From assembly GCA_030141605.1 (NCBI GenBank), contig JAQGDQ010000132.1:1-64000 (forward strand): a DNA stretch of 64,000 bases, in the 5' to 3' direction. The stretch's first letter is position 1, and each line of letters opens with the position of its first letter. Positions 15,001-28,400 of this stretch are shown here, piece by piece. The translations under genes and the position numbers were made by a program. Under the pieces are notes generated by a model that worked only from the letters and a program-made list of their open reading frames with translations, did no database searches and had not been told where the DNA came from. The stretch comes from Tubiluchus corallicola (taxonomy: Eukaryota; Animalia; Priapulida).

Positions 15001-16715
15001 TGCATTGCAAAACGTAGCTGCTTCTTCAAACCGTTCATTTACATTTGTGTTAGTATGTACATTAGTTTCAATTCGTAGCAATTGATAAATATATATTTCA
15101 TCGATACTTTATTATTGTGAGAAATATATAATTTATAGGCTAATATTATGAACATATACCAACTTGACTGTTTTCTGTATCATTTATATTTGTGCTGTAT
15201 ATAATAATGTGTGCTTGTCTTTAATTATGTGTCTAACATACAAACTGCAGTAATTTAGAGTATATTAGGTAACATAAGATTAGATTACATTAGACTAGAC
15301 TCAATCCAAAAGTACAATTTTACATTATTGTATTATTATTGTACAGTTATTACTGTACGTTCGAAATAAATACTAAATAAAAATAAACAATGTCGCACAA
15401 ATACCAAGGTCAGGCATATAGACTTATTATAAAATTCGCCATCTTTAGACTAATAGGCACTTAAGCTTTACAAGAAAACATTAACCAAATGGTAAATCAC
15501 GTCCCTCATTATATGTGGTCTATTGAGTAATTATAATAGTGCTCAGTTCTAACAACTCATTCGTAACTGTTTTAAATTGCGAGCTCCTGCAACTACTGTA
15601 TGCATGTAAAAGTTGGCTTCACTAATTCCTACAAATTACTGGTACAATGACAACATTGACATCTCGACAATTCATCCACAAATAAGCGCAAATTGCGAAA
15701 AACCCAGTCCTTGTAATCTAGTGTGTTTTGCTCAGTAAAGCATCAAAATGCTTAAAATGATAGAAGTAATATTAAGCTAACATTTTATTTCACAAAGTGC
15801 TGTAAAATTATCTTCACTTTTAACTAGCGTAACTCTAATGACCTTATAACTGAGTCTTCTAGCAAACGAACCCGCAAAAATCCCTATAATAATGTGAGCG
15901 TCCTTAATGTGCCTGTAATAAAAATGAATGTCATAGTTGAATAAGAAACTGGTTAAAAGGCGAAAGAATGCGTCTACGGTTCACTTGATAGAGAACGCAC
16001 TTTCTCGAATTGGGTCATGGATCAACTGTGTCAATTTATCAATTATTAATAATTAATTAAAAACGCGAATGTACAGAATGCTTTATTATCTATTATATTA
16101 ATATTCTTGGTATCTTAATATGTATATATATTACTTTAAATATAAGTAATATTAATATAAGATTCGAGGCTACAGCTCCGACGAGGGCACCATTTGCGGC
16201 GATATATACATCAAACGAAAGGTCTCGATCTAGTGTCGTCTCATTGGGGGTTTATTTTTCGAATGGGGCCCACCGCGAGGAACGGGGGGCGAAAAACTTT
16301 CTTTATTAATGAAGACAACTAGGAAATAATTCAATTTAAAAAATGGTCGCATGCACTGGCTAACTTTTAGATATCTTTTTGGCGTTAGAGAGTAACACAG
16401 GTCAACGAATCGCTGCTTGTGGGGTAACTGATTCGTTTCTGACGCCTCGCGGACTCTGGTGTGCAAGAGAATGAAACCACAAGTTGCAGTAATTGCACAA
16501 AAGCGATCTATTTTCAAGCAGAAATTGAAATATTTACATCATATGTAGCGCGCAAAAACAAATCACAACATTTATTGCATTTTAATTCTACTTACCCTTG
16601 TTCTCGACACAAGAGCGACTGGAAGAAACACAAGTGGAAATCCCACAACGATTAGTGCTCTTCTGTAGTTCCACAAAACGTTCAAAATTCTTTGTAGACC
16701 AGCCGGTAGCTTCAT
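65..16715 (-). CDS. SLC13A2/SLC13A5-like: SLC13-family Na+-coupled di/tricarboxylate cotransporter (Indy/NaCT/NaDC-like), 5' part; multi-exon, continues beyond left edge
   Basis: Hand-spliced exons in transcript order: 16596-16715 (MKLPAGLQRILNVLWNYRRALIVVGFPLVFLP), 7993-8142 (EAKCAYVILVMAFYWMTEVLPLGVTALLP), 7216-7331 ([26 protein letters not shown]), 5555-5700 (LSMWISNTAASAMMVPI, SNT motif), 4923-4950, 4337-4414, 1401-1556 (YGAAVGGTATLTGSPPNLV), 739-858 (VNFASWFAYAIP), 65-160 (EKRKLGKMS). All junctions are GT-AG and phase-compatible. Subtype uncertain. Confidence 0.93.
548..592. repeat. Short degenerate telomere-like (CCCTAA/TCCTAA)n tract
   Basis: ccttaaccctaacactaatcctaatcctaaccctaatcctaat, about 7 imperfect hexamers, intronic. 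Confidence 0.7.
2747..3155 (+). mobile_element. Helentron-associated (DINE-1/HINE-like) non-autonomous element, copy 1
   Basis: 14-bp subterminal inverted repeat TTGGATCCGGCACG (2750-2763) / CGTGCCGGATCCAA (3118-3131), 3' hairpin AAGCAC-ATTA-GTGCTT, T-rich 5' edge, no TSD; related copy at ~51679-51954. Confidence 0.65.
3517..3565. repeat. 16-bp tandem repeat x3
   Basis: cccatgcacatgctaa repeated three times with 1-2 changes. Confidence 0.75.
5170..5482 (+). mobile_element. Decayed 3' end of a non-LTR (LINE) retrotransposon
   Basis: Degenerate translation resembling LINE ORF2 C-termini (..IPR..NSL..CFP..NL.RFK.NIN) followed by a 3' UTR ending in an A-rich tail; similar tail on the minus strand near 13600-13700. 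Confidence 0.45.
11341..11478. repeat. ~35-bp minisatellite, about 4 copies
   Basis: unit (aa)tgaagccattcactgcacgtttgttttct repeated with indels. Confidence 0.75.
11971..12369. mobile_element. hAT-like MITE, copy 1
   Basis: TIR TAGGAGTGAGCA / TGCTCACTCCTA, subterminal TTCGA motif arrays, internal 10-bp tctataa(g/a)at repeats; diverged second copy at ~40811-41174; TSD degenerate. Confidence 0.75.
13190..13440 (-). mobile_element. CR1/L2-group LINE ORF2 3' remnant
   Basis: ORF 13099-13440 contains RTRSNHSLKL...FFSNRVIQVWNSLPSSV, the typical CR1-group C-terminal tail. Confidence 0.75.
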
Positions 16716-17544
16716 TGTTACTTTTTAAGAAATATTTACCGTAAAAAACAATTTTTCTAATAATCGAAACGTATACTTTGGACACGAAAAATCATATCTT
16801 CCAAAAATCAACTACCAAATTGGAGCAAAGAAAGGCGAGACATTGTCGATCACTTTATATTAGCAAGCTCCTCTTCTTTACACGTAAGCTGGTGATATTT
16901 TCGTTAGTTCATGAAGCAAAATGACTTTCCTCTGCCTATAGCGGTAAATTGGGCCTATTCTTAATTCCAATGTTACTCGTAAGTGATTGATTTAACTTTT
17001 TCTCCCGATGACACTAGGCCCATGCATATACTTAATTACCCTTGCTATGATATCTGCGCAGTAGACCAGTTTTGTTTACTCTGCGCAGGTTGTTGGTCCT
17101 TCAAATTAAGCACAAGACGTTTAACTTTGACCCACGATGAACATCTTATCTCTCGTAGGATTTGCATGCATCATATTTAGAGTAAACACGTGTACACGAA
17201 AGCTTACACAGTCACATACCATAAGCAAACATAAGAAAACTAATAACAGGTTTCAGTCGTTTGGTACCTTAGGCCTATAATACGTACAGTTATTTTATTT
17301 TCCGATACTACAGTATGCCTGATATGTTACTCATTACTCTGACGTTTTTATAAATTCAGACATTTTTGCACACTGGAATGAAATTTTAGTGTACTTTTAA
17401 TATATGTATCATTTATGTAAATAGCTTTTTTCTTTTTTAATCAACTTTCTCCTTAATTCTTCCTAACTCGTAAATTGCGCTTTTATCTATTTAAATAATT
17501 TTATTTAATATTTTTGTGTATATTGTATTTTATGGCTAAAGACT

Positions 17545-17630
17545 ATGTATGTATGTATGTATGTATGTATGTATGTATGTATGTATGTATGTATGTATGT
17601 ATGTATGTATGCATGCATGCATGCATGTAT
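17545..17630. repeat. (TATG)n/(CATG)n microsatellite
   Basis: Direct reading; explains the spurious YVCM/HTYI ORFs. Confidence 0.95.
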
Positions 17631-20600
17631 GTCTACGAGCTGAAATAAATGCTGTGCAACTTTCAATACGTGTATTAACAAAAAATATTTGCAGATCGAA
17701 GAATACATGTACTCATCGGCTATATAAGTGCTAGCGAAAGTGCAAATTTTTGATCCACACAGCCTCGCGACGGTATAGGCCTAGTTTCTTGCACCATATT
17801 TTTCTTAACAAACAAACGTTCGGCAATAAAATGCAACAAAAACATTTTCCACCTTGACAGTACATAAAAATCGGCCTTCATTTGAAACAAAACAGTTAGT
17901 CGTTGTCATTTTTATCACTATGAACGTTCACTGAGTGCAATGTTGATGGTTAACTTGACGACACCAGGACATGACGACTTAAAAAAAAATTTAAAATCTT
18001 AGAGAAGCCAGATATATGTCAAATAGAAGCCAGTTACTCGATGTTTTAAAACGTTGATTCACTAATATAGCGTTTTGCAGGGGCGGAACTAAGCTGCAAT
18101 TTATCTTCCATAGATGCTATTAATTTGAATTCACGATCATTATACAACTCCTACTACAATTTGGTTAGTGCATATTTTATACTAAACTTCGATAGGAGTT
18201 CTTTCACTGTACCCCTGCCAGCAACAATCTTTGCAGATTAGAAAGCAAAGAGTTGATCTTGTTTTCCTTGGCACTGAGCCAGATGTTGATTATTTTTTCA
18301 GTTGAATTGCGAAGTGTTCGGCAAAGAAAATATAAAACCCAGAAAAAAAACTTGTAGCGTAAAAGTAAAATGCGACATAATTATGTTCTAATGGGAGAAC
18401 TTTTTAAGTGCGAATATTATAATATAGATCTAAAAGTAAGTAATGGAGCTCTCCGTTCTTAACGCTAGATAACTCTTAATAAAAACGCATTTCTCTTCTG
18501 CATTATGATTAAAATAAGGACGTGTACTCAGTTCAGTTCTATTCTCAATTTACGTTAACGATTTCTACTGATATGTTTTCTATTGACTGTGATCCTATTG
18601 ATGTATAATTATGTATAATGCTAAATCTACACGTAGCCTATAATGCAGATATGTGAACGATTAAGGATGTAAATTTTTACGTCGATTGGCCAAAATGGTT
18701 AATAATTTTACAAGCATGTTGAAATAATGTGTCGGAATTTTGTAAGCTAGATTAAAAGTATGTGAGTCCATATTTACATGCTTCTTCGTCGTTCTCAAAC
18801 ATAGTTTAAAGGTTTTAAATAATAGAAATCAGGAAACAAACTCTATTTGATACTATAAAAGGTATAAGGGATGTTTGTTTACTATGGAAGGGTATTAATA
18901 CTAAATACCTGAGCCACTCACGCGTGGCTTAATAACTACATGCGTGCCTTTACAACCTTATACATCTCTTTAGTTAGAGAAATTTATGGGAGAAAAAGCA
19001 TGCGTGCATTCGGAATAATGACGTGAGCTATTGTTGAAAATACATGTGTCGTTTGTGTAAAACGTGTCGTTTTGCTGCAACTTTGACTGGATGAAAATAA
19101 CACGTGGTTTTGGAATAGTGAGCGTGCAATACCCTGCCATAATTTTCAATCTAGAGAAAGTGCTTGACAGAAATTTGTACTGAACACACGATCAAATTTT
19201 AGCTCTGAATAGTAAAAATCTCAAGAGATAGTCTTATATGTACGTTATATGCATTATAATGCATACTTACTTTGTAAACAATTAGATGTGGATTAAAAAG
19301 GTGGTTTAAAAAATGCCGTTCAATTTGAATCTCGGAGAGGATGTGAAAATGAAGCCGTTTTCTTCAAATCTAAACTACTACATGAAATTAAAAAACTGCG
19401 TAAAAGAAGAATTTCATAAAAGCGATACAACGTTTAATTTAAAAGTCAAAACGAGAACATACAGCTTAATTCCGCCAATAAACTGAAAGCTTCCAAACTG
19501 TTTAATTTCCTGCTAACATACATAACTAAAAATAAGTGCATAAACAAAGTTTTACCCATGTTGGTGACCAATTCACCATATACAGATAGCAGTTTATTCA
19601 CGCTAGAGTAGTTAAGAATTAATTAGATTTTCAGTTTATGTGGCGGAATTCAGTGTTTGAAATTGTTCGTTGGAAGCTAAGAGGTATTAACAGTCTTAAT
19701 AATTCATTCTGTTAATTAAGGATCTGCACTGCATCTAACAGATCTGACCCCACAATGTGTGCTCATAATTCTTCGCAAAAAATGGTGCTCCTAACATGTA
19801 TGTAATAATCTCATATTGTTGTTTTTTTAAAAAAAACGTATGTATGTGTTCAAATGTTGTAAACACTTAATTAAGGCCTCATTTTTGAAAAAAAAAACAG
19901 TATTAATAATTCTACAGTCAAATATTTTTTTAACAAAAAGCAGCTCCTGCTGGACTAGTAATAGGTCAAATTTTAGCGGTGTTACTTGTCCTAACTTTTA
20001 TTTCCAAGATTATTAACTTTTTTATTAAAAGAAACCTTTCGTGGTGACATTGTTATCTAAAGCTGGAAAAGCAAAAATGAAGACTGGGCGCCGTGCATTT
20101 CAGTACATTACAAATACAATGCAGTACATTATAATACAAAAAACTACACAGAAGGGGTATAATAGTCGTGCAACACAATAATAATAATAATAATAATAAT
20201 GTGGTATTTGCAATTTTTTATTATTATATTATACTATGTTATAGGAATCAGGAAAATGTTACCAAACAACAAAATTTTAAATAGAAATACCACTAAAACT
20301 GAAGAGGCCGATGATTTATGAGAAATAATTAATTACGCAAAAGTGACTAGACTACGGAAATGAAAAAAGAATAGGTTTTCAACTTATACTGAACAAAAAT
20401 AACAAAACAAAGCAGCTGAATGGAGAAACAGTTGACTGATGCCTTGCACATTTTCTGTATAATAATTTGGGCGAATTAATATGCTTTTTTGTGTGACAGA
20501 GTGGGCATAGTGAATGCCACGAAGACAGTGTTGCCGTATGCGACTAGCTAACATGCGTCATAAGCCTGTCCGACGTGTCCGTGGGACAAATGATTTTACT

Positions 20601-22115
20601 TCTCATCACATGATGTCAGCAGCAGCTAATACATGCTCTATTGCATGTAAAAAAAATTAATAGTAAGCAGACGTTTTTTTAGAAAGCAATCCAAGTAAGA
20701 ATTACATTATGCGTTCTGTTTTAATTGACGTCAGTGTTGTTACACACTTTGCGTTATTCTAGTTTGTTGCGTAAATGTTTGTGAGGGATTACCGCAAATA
20801 AATTTGCAGGTTAGTTTTGTGAAAACTTAGTACTGCCAGAACTGAAAGCATGGGCGCATGTTTTGTTAAAAAGGGACTAGATTCGTTTCCCGGAAAAGGT
20901 TTTCGCCAGAAAAATTTTTTCCTCGACAAAAAAGTTTCACAGAAAACTTTTTTTGTCAGAAAAAGGTTTCCCAGAAGAGGTATTTCTCAGAACTGTCATT
21001 TCCCAGAAAATAAATTTTACTGAAAATGTAATAAATCGATTATAGCGAATCATACTGATCTTGCATATATGCTCCTTTGTATACAATGTACACATTAAAT
21101 AAAGTTAAAACTGGATTAATTTATTGTACATTTATATCAACCATTCCAAACAATAGGTTGCCATGGTCCTATGTCCATTGTCCTGCTCAGGCGTGCACAA
21201 CATCACACAACTATCAAGTCAATCCTATTTAATAGTGAACAATGCAATGGTTATCTATGGTTCTCTGATCTTAGCTATGTCTTACACTACATATGCAATT
21301 AAGTAATCACTGCATGTGATTGGCTACCGAAGTGAAACAATGTCGAGCCTGACAATTCATTAGTTTAGTGACTGCTAATGGAATCTCACTTTCAGCAGTT
21401 CCTTCTACTGCGATGCCAAATTATTTTGCTAATTTAGAGAGGATGTACAACTGTAAATGCATTTGACTGTGACTGTCACAATATTTCTCTCAGAGGATTA
21501 TTTTGAAAATGAACTAGGATCCGGTCCTGTCATAAAGGAACACGTAAAAAAATCTTGTGAAAGAGCATAATGTAGTGAGCAAATTTAGACTCCAACATAA
21601 GGCTTGGTGTAGATTCATTTTATAGATTGTTTTATATAAACTTTATTTCAAATCCTTTGAAAATCAATTAGATTTGAGGTAATTATGTGCCAAATGATAC
21701 AATGCAAATTGATTCCAATTTAACGCCAAAAGGCGGAACTCAGGGTCGCAGTACAAATAGCTACTGAACTGCAGCTGTACTCTGTGTATTGTGTCCAGAA
21801 GCATTACCACTAGTACAATGATGATGCTTTGACTTTTCTGGCGCTTTTCATTCTTAACGAGTTTGCACCGTGTTTCAGTAACATTTTAAAATTGTCTTCC
21901 TGTAATCTTTGCTGTTGAGATTTGTCATTATCAGTGTACAGAGTCTTGTTCACTTTATATCAGACTAAATCAGATTTGCTGCCCACAACAGCCTTCTTGG
22001 TCTCTGCTGAACTCATTTTAGCAATAATAACACCTGGCTTCTTACTGTTGTACGTTTACAAACAGCTGTTGCACACACAACATCTTTCAGCTTTAGCCCT
22101 TCCTTAAATAAAGTA

Positions 22116-22569
22116 CCGTATTTTCCCGTGTATAAGAGACCCTTTTTTGCTCAGAATTTTCACTTTAAAAATAGGGGGTCTCTTATACATGGGAGTAAGT
22201 CTTTTCAATAAGATGCATAAATTGTGACACTAATGATTTTAAAGAAATAAGTGCTCTACAACTGTTTTGCGTGTCGCGTTCGACTATGAAGCGGTTGTAA
22301 GCAATACAAGCATCGTGACACAGGCATTATCTCCTCGTTTTCTCTTTTCCTGTTACAGGTTTGCAGGTACGCACTTTAATATATACCAGTACTCTTTTTC
22401 TACAACACATTAACTGGTTTTATTTTGTTTTCAGTACCGCACTGAGTTGAAAAAAGTTGTACTCTACCCTCTAAAAATGTCCGTCTGAAAAAACTTTTTT
22501 CCGAATTTTTGCCTAAAAATTGAAGGGGTCTCTTATACACAAGGATCTCTTATACACGGGAAAATACGG
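22116..22569. mobile_element. Tc1/mariner (pogo/Tigger-like) MITE
   Basis: Perfect 24-bp TIR CCGTATTTTCCCGTGTATAAGAGA, TA on both sides, internal GGGGTCTCTTATAC subterminal repeats. Confidence 0.9.
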
Positions 22570-23583
22570 TATTAACACTGCAGGTAACATTCAGCTTCAG
22601 ACTGTGGCAAATTATGAATAACTAGGTTTAAAGTCAAATCATTTTCTTTTTATTGTGTAGAGCTAGATTCTTTCTCCTGAGATTTCAACCGGTTCTCTAT
22701 GTCGTCCAGCAATCTGCCTTCAGTTGCTCCCCTTGCTCTCTTATTAGCTATGTCACTGTCAAGTGGCTGTCATCATGTGCCCCTATTCAACTAAAAGTTT
22801 ACAGATTGTTCTTTATGCAGATTGCTTGCAGAACTACTAACAGATATTTACTAACAAAAAAATTTCCAAATGCACAAAAGTCACACTTTTATTTACAAGC
22901 TTTCCCAAATCAATAAGACTAATATACTATTGCTCGACTTGCTGTACTCAAACAGGTTTGAAAACGACAAATATTTGACATTCTTTATTAATTTTAAATT
23001 AAATATGCACTTGATGAGTTGCATAAGATACTTATATTAACTGCAGAATGCCATCCAATACAACTGTAATTGTGCATGTTGTAGATGAATAAATAATAAT
23101 AACACTTTTTTCTTATTTTTTGCAGCAACCAGCTCTCGATTCACCTTCTGTAGTGAAGAACCACTGACTGAGTACCGAAACAAATTGCTCTCTTGCTCAT
23201 ACACATCATCCTGCACTGTATAGAATTCTGAAAATATTAAAAGTCTTGGCAGATTATCGCTATACAGAATGTTTCATCAAAAATGGAGTTAACGAACAAT
23301 CATTAGTATCGAAAACAGTCTTATACAGTAACCATATTACTCACAAACTAAATGAGCACCTACAACTACATATTTCATTTATACCTGTTATTAATTTAAA
23401 ATTTAATGATAATTTGCATCCAATTTTACGACAAATCGTAATAAGTTGGTAAAGGTATAGCATAGAACATATATATAAGTACAAAACACAAAAAAACGAT
23501 AATCAGATAGATAAAAACGAATTACTAAAAAAATTAAGGCACAGGTATAACAAATAAGCAACTAACGGGACGTATTGTCACTA

Positions 23584-24315
23584 CAGTCAAACCTTTTTAT
23601 ACGCCCACTTTGGTATGGGAAAAAAGTTGGCCTTGCTGTGAGTTTTGTATTATAATCAGGTGCATTAATACATGCATGTCTATGCATTACCAAAAATTTG
23701 GGCATTAACTCTTTCACTACATAATTGCTTTTTAACTGGGCTGCATTGGCTTTTGCACATTTAACAATAACTTCTTGTGGTGTGTTACTAAAACAGAAAC
23801 TTGTACATAAACAAATAGCCATTTCTTATTAAACACTAATATTGAATATTACTTTTATTTATACACATGCGCACACATACAAGCACTCATGTACACACCC
23901 ACACTACTAAGCACATATTTATATTTAGAAGCCAATTTTCACAAAAGTCATATTACTAATCCATAATGCACAATTATTTTATAAAAATGCAGAACAAGTG
24001 ACTAAACATACATTCCACTAACCACCAACAAGCAATTTGCATGGGAACGTACTATACATTACAGTATTATGGAATGCACCTGGCTTCAGGTACTGATTGG
24101 CTGGTTAGTGTTACTTTTTTGCGAAGCAACCCCATTCCCACGGCTATTAAACTTTTCTACGTTTTTACATGGCTGTAGCAGCAAAATAAACAGATCAGTC
24201 TGCCGCCTTCCGTCCCTTACAAAAAAAATGTAGGTGGCAGTGTGCCGCCTTCCATAGTGAAAGGGTTAAGCGAGGTTGACATTTTAAGAGGGGGTCGTCG
24301 TAAAGAGGTTTGACA
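23584..24315. mobile_element. Tc1/mariner-type MITE (CAGTCAAACC family), degenerate
   Basis: TA-CAGTCAAACCT left end and AGAGGTTTGAC right end; same termini as 44266-44881. Confidence 0.55.
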
Positions 24316-24485
24316 TATACATCATAAAACATTCTCGCACATTTCAAGCTATATTACTACAGCTAAAATTGTATTTAATAGTTCTGGTATGTAAAGTTAG
24401 TACCTTCTGGAGTTGTTTTCTTATTTAAATATACCAGCATTCTGAAGGTCCATATATTTGTCAATTGCCCTAGTAATTAATCACA

Positions 24486-25196
24486 TCAATTAAGCAATAA
24501 ACTGATCCAGTCATATACAATTTTTAAACAGTCTTTACTAAGCTCATGCCCAGTATTTGTTAATGGCCAAAATGTAGCAGGAACACCAAGTGCTTGAAGT
24601 CTATCATGAGTCCTCTTTCCATACGCAAATTTCATTTTTTCATCATTAGTGCCATGGATCAACAAAAGGGGCAACGACAGTGTCATAACACTTTCCTCCA
24701 AAAACTTATACACTGCTGAGTCTTCGTTTAAGAAAGAGCAAATACCAAAAACGCCTGCAAGCGAACGAGAAAATCGATATCCTACATGAATGCTCAAACT
24801 TCCACCCTGTGAAAACCCGCCAACAACTATCCTAGTGAATGGTATTCCATTTCCGACTTCAATGTCAATAAGTTTTAGGATTTCAAAAACTGATGCATCC
24901 ACAGATTCTGTAAGTTCCTTTGATTCAATAGTTTTGTCTTCTCTGTCATACCAGAGCCTGCGTAGTTTGCCTCTGTTGGCTGTGTATTTCAGTTTAGGAG
25001 CCGTTGGATAGATTACTTTTATACAATCGAATTGAAATTCCTCGCCCCATATGCTGTCCACCATACATTTAAACTTCTCCCCAGTCTGAAAAACACCATG
25101 CAAAAATATAAGAGTAGCTAAATGATGTTTCTTTGGCAAAATAATAACGGGTAATAAATCAACACTACATCCCACGTGTCCTGTGGAAGCTGCCAT
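24486..25196 (-). CDS. LYPLAL1: Lysophospholipase-like 1 / acyl-protein thioesterase family alpha/beta hydrolase, 236 aa, intronless CDS
   Basis: First true ATG at 25196 (MAASTGHV; the track ORF starts at a non-ATG codon). Motifs LIFLHG, IKVIYPTAP, WYDR, GGFSQGG (nucleophile Ser), HGTND (Asp), GHEL (His); overall layout matches LYPLAL1. Confidence 0.88.
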   Translation of the reverse strand: MAASTGHVGCSVDLLPVIILPKKHHLATLIFLHGVFQTGEKFKCMVDSIWGEEFQFDCIKVIYPTAPKLKYTANRGKLRRLWYDREDKTIESKELTESVDASVFEILKLIDIEVGNGIPFTRIVVGGFSQGGSLSIHVGYRFSRSLAGVFGICSFLNEDSAVYKFLEESVMTLSLPLLLIHGTNDEKMKFAYGKRTHDRLQALGVPATFWPLTNTGHELSKDCLKIVYDWISLLLN

Positions 25197-25425
25197 TATT
25201 GCACACCAGGGGAATAAAGGGATTTGATTTTGAATTAACTTGCGAAAAATGTGATCACATCTAGAAACTTTAAGTTTTTGCAAAGTATAAAAATAAAATA
25301 ACAGCAGCTATGCTATTTTATTTTTAAAGAGTAAAACAAAATTAATGTTACCTTCTGAAACTCTGCCTATCCCATTCGATTCTCACTATTAAAAAGGTAT
25401 TAATGTGCCCCTTGATCTCTGAAGC

Positions 25426-28400
25426 ATGGCTCGTTTGGAAAGTGTATTTCGGTAAGCTAATTGAATCTACAAACTTTTATGTGCGTAAATAAGTTTACAA
25501 GTATGCATTTTTCTAGGAAAGATGCGAGTGTATTAGTTAGTTGTTATTATGATTGTTTTTTATGTCAGTTTCGTGTTCAGTTAAAGAATTAACTGATCTA
25601 GTCACATACAACTTTCAGAAGTTCTTATCAGTGCTTGTCGGTAGCTAGATTTATGTCAATAGTGTGTGTGTTTTGTACGTCTAATTCAGTAGTAGTTTCA
25701 CAGTACAGCTCATACAGTAATTAATGTGGCCCCAGTCTAGCAGAATGTCATTAAGATTGTCAGTCTTTTTAGTGACTTGAGAAACGCTTTTACCGTATAT
25801 TACCGACACTTTTACCGTGGATTGCCGTAAACTAACGTACATACCTTAATATTGTCTTCTCTTCGTTTAAGTTACGCTAATTTAATGAGGCAACCTAGCA
25901 AGCTTTATATTGTAAGTGATACGTTGACTGCTTGATATAAGATTGATAAAATCAGTTTCCCTGTTTTCGTTTTTGTTTATCTTGGTTTTACCAAAGAACA
26001 AAAGCATTTTAGTACATTTAACATTACTATTATTGTAAATTAAATGTGATATTGCTAAGAAACCAGCGCAGTTGTGTAAAGCAAGATTTTTTGTAGCTTT
26101 TTCGAGCATCCGTTATAAATTACTCTTTCTGGTCCCATTGGCTTGTGGGAGACTCTGTGTTGACACTGTTACTAGCCCCAAGCTACATCTCGGGGCAGAG
26201 GTCGCTTGAAGTTCAATAAGAGGATATTATCTGAAGCTATACAAGACTAAAACAAATAGATTAGCATGTCTCCACAGTTTTTCAAGCGGGATCGTTAACA
26301 CCTGGAATAGTCTGACAAATGAAGTGGTATCTGCACCTAGTATAAATGCATTCAAAAATAGGCTGGATAAGTACTGGTCTTTGAGAGATCTGGTCTATAG
26401 CTATAAGGCCTCAACTGAGTATTTGACATCGGACATATACGCAAGATTTGGCTAGTCTTACTTTGCAAAAACATCTTAAGGTGTCTGGAAAGTCAGGAGA
26501 CCCTAGTTTGGATGGATGAACAAGGGATTGGTATTGACTGTGTTGCCAGTTTCTTGCATCCTAATCTTCCTAATGTTTTCTGCTTTCTAGCGTTTAGTTG
26601 TACCTGGTCACTAAAAAGGTGCTGTGTGTAAAATTGCATCTGCCACATCATATGTTGTTAATAGTAAAGCACCCGGACTCACTTGTAGATGTACCCTCAT
26701 GTGCCACATAAATGTACTGCTATAAGTGTACTTGAATAATTTTAAGAGCGAAAAGAATAACTCTGATACCAATATCCCTTAAATTATAAAGAGGCTTGTC
26801 TTGTACTTGCTGATGTCCAGCATCATGTTTGATAAGCTCACTTCTGTATTTATGTGGTCTCCTTAATCACCTAGCAAATTAATAAACTTTACAATACATA
26901 GGTGAGACTAGTTTAACTTAACCCTTTTTGTCGATATCCAGGGTTTTTGGTAAACTTTTGCTGAAAGTCTTCCTCAAACTTTATTCATGTAACATAGGTA
27001 GCAGTATGGTGTTTTTTGCATCATTATAATAGTCACGGTGATAGTCCCAGTTTTCAATGTTCACTAACATGTATTTTTAATCAAGCAGAAATATAATTAA
27101 ATTTACTTGCAGCTATATTGATCAGCATGAGGCTGACTATGTCCAGCGGTTGTCCGATGTGGTGGCTATCAAATCTGTGTCAGCTTGGGCTGACCACAGG
27201 GATGAGTGTATACGAATGATGAACTGGACAAAAGCTGTAAGTGTACAAGTCTGTGCATTCGATTTAGATGTGATTTTAGATCTAACAAACTGTTAATATT
27301 CTAAGTTGCTACCGCAGCAGATGTGGATATAATACAGTATTCAGATTTATGACCGCTCAATAAAATTTCTATTGAAAGAGATTATTATTAAAATATCAAT
27401 CACCGAAATAGTTTTGTTGATAGAGTGTACCTTTTGTTACTATTCAAAAATTTTGTTTGATCTGGTTGACTCTATTATGTAAGGTGCATGCTGCCGGGAT
27501 GAATGTTTTCCTGTAACGTTCGGTATGCATTTTTGGAAGAAGAAACTTCATTCCTCTTTCTACAGGTAGTTCTCGGGGGTGGTAGTAGAGAACAGTTATT
27601 GTTAGTCTTATTGTAGCAATAATTTAGTGTCGATGGCTGCGTCATCCCTTTTTTTAATGTCTACACATAACTTTATAATATTATACACACACAGCTTTAC
27701 AACTTTAATCTATGATCTTTTAATCTGCTTAGGTATTTGGGTAATAACTAATATATAATAAGTTTATAATAAAATTTTCAAACATTTTAATAAAGGCTTA
27801 CTTAAAATCAAGATATAAATCATTTATTCATATAATATCACTTGTACAGTAATAAATCTTATCTAATAGTGCACAAATATGATTTATCTAGTAATGCATA
27901 ACTTATCTAATGCACATAGTCTATCATTTACTTAATAATGTAGCATTAGATTTTATCTGCAGTTCTGGACAGAGTATATTTATTCTAGAGCAAAGTCATA
28001 AAATACTGTTATTTTTTCATTTCCATGCAATTCCATGTTTAAACTCTTCCTGTCAGTTGCATGTACCAAAACCTGCTGTACAACTTTTCTATTTAATACC
28101 GAGAATACTCTGTCAGTATCTGCAATAACTGTGACAACATGTAAACTACAATTTTTATTAATCATTAAAGCAAGTACAGCTAAAAGGGAGGAACTGTGAA
28201 AAAGTTGGCCCTGAGATAGATTTGAATCAGGACCTTTGAATTACAAATGCAAAATGTTAGACAACTGTACCATGGAACTCTCTGAGAGTAAGACATTAAA
28301 TTTAAAAAGTGTGCTTTGTACTTAAGCTGACATTCCCTTTCTCTGTGCTGAAATTGCTTTTAAGCTTAATAATTGCGGGTTCATTTACTTATTAATTTAA

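Noticed and set aside
17505-17734. YVCM/HTYI repeat ORFs
   Set aside because: Translation of a (TATG)n microsatellite
21000-23250. Possible decayed DNA-transposon coding sequence with Cys-rich fragments
   Set aside because: Multiple stops and no motif I can assign; would need a translated search against transposase profiles
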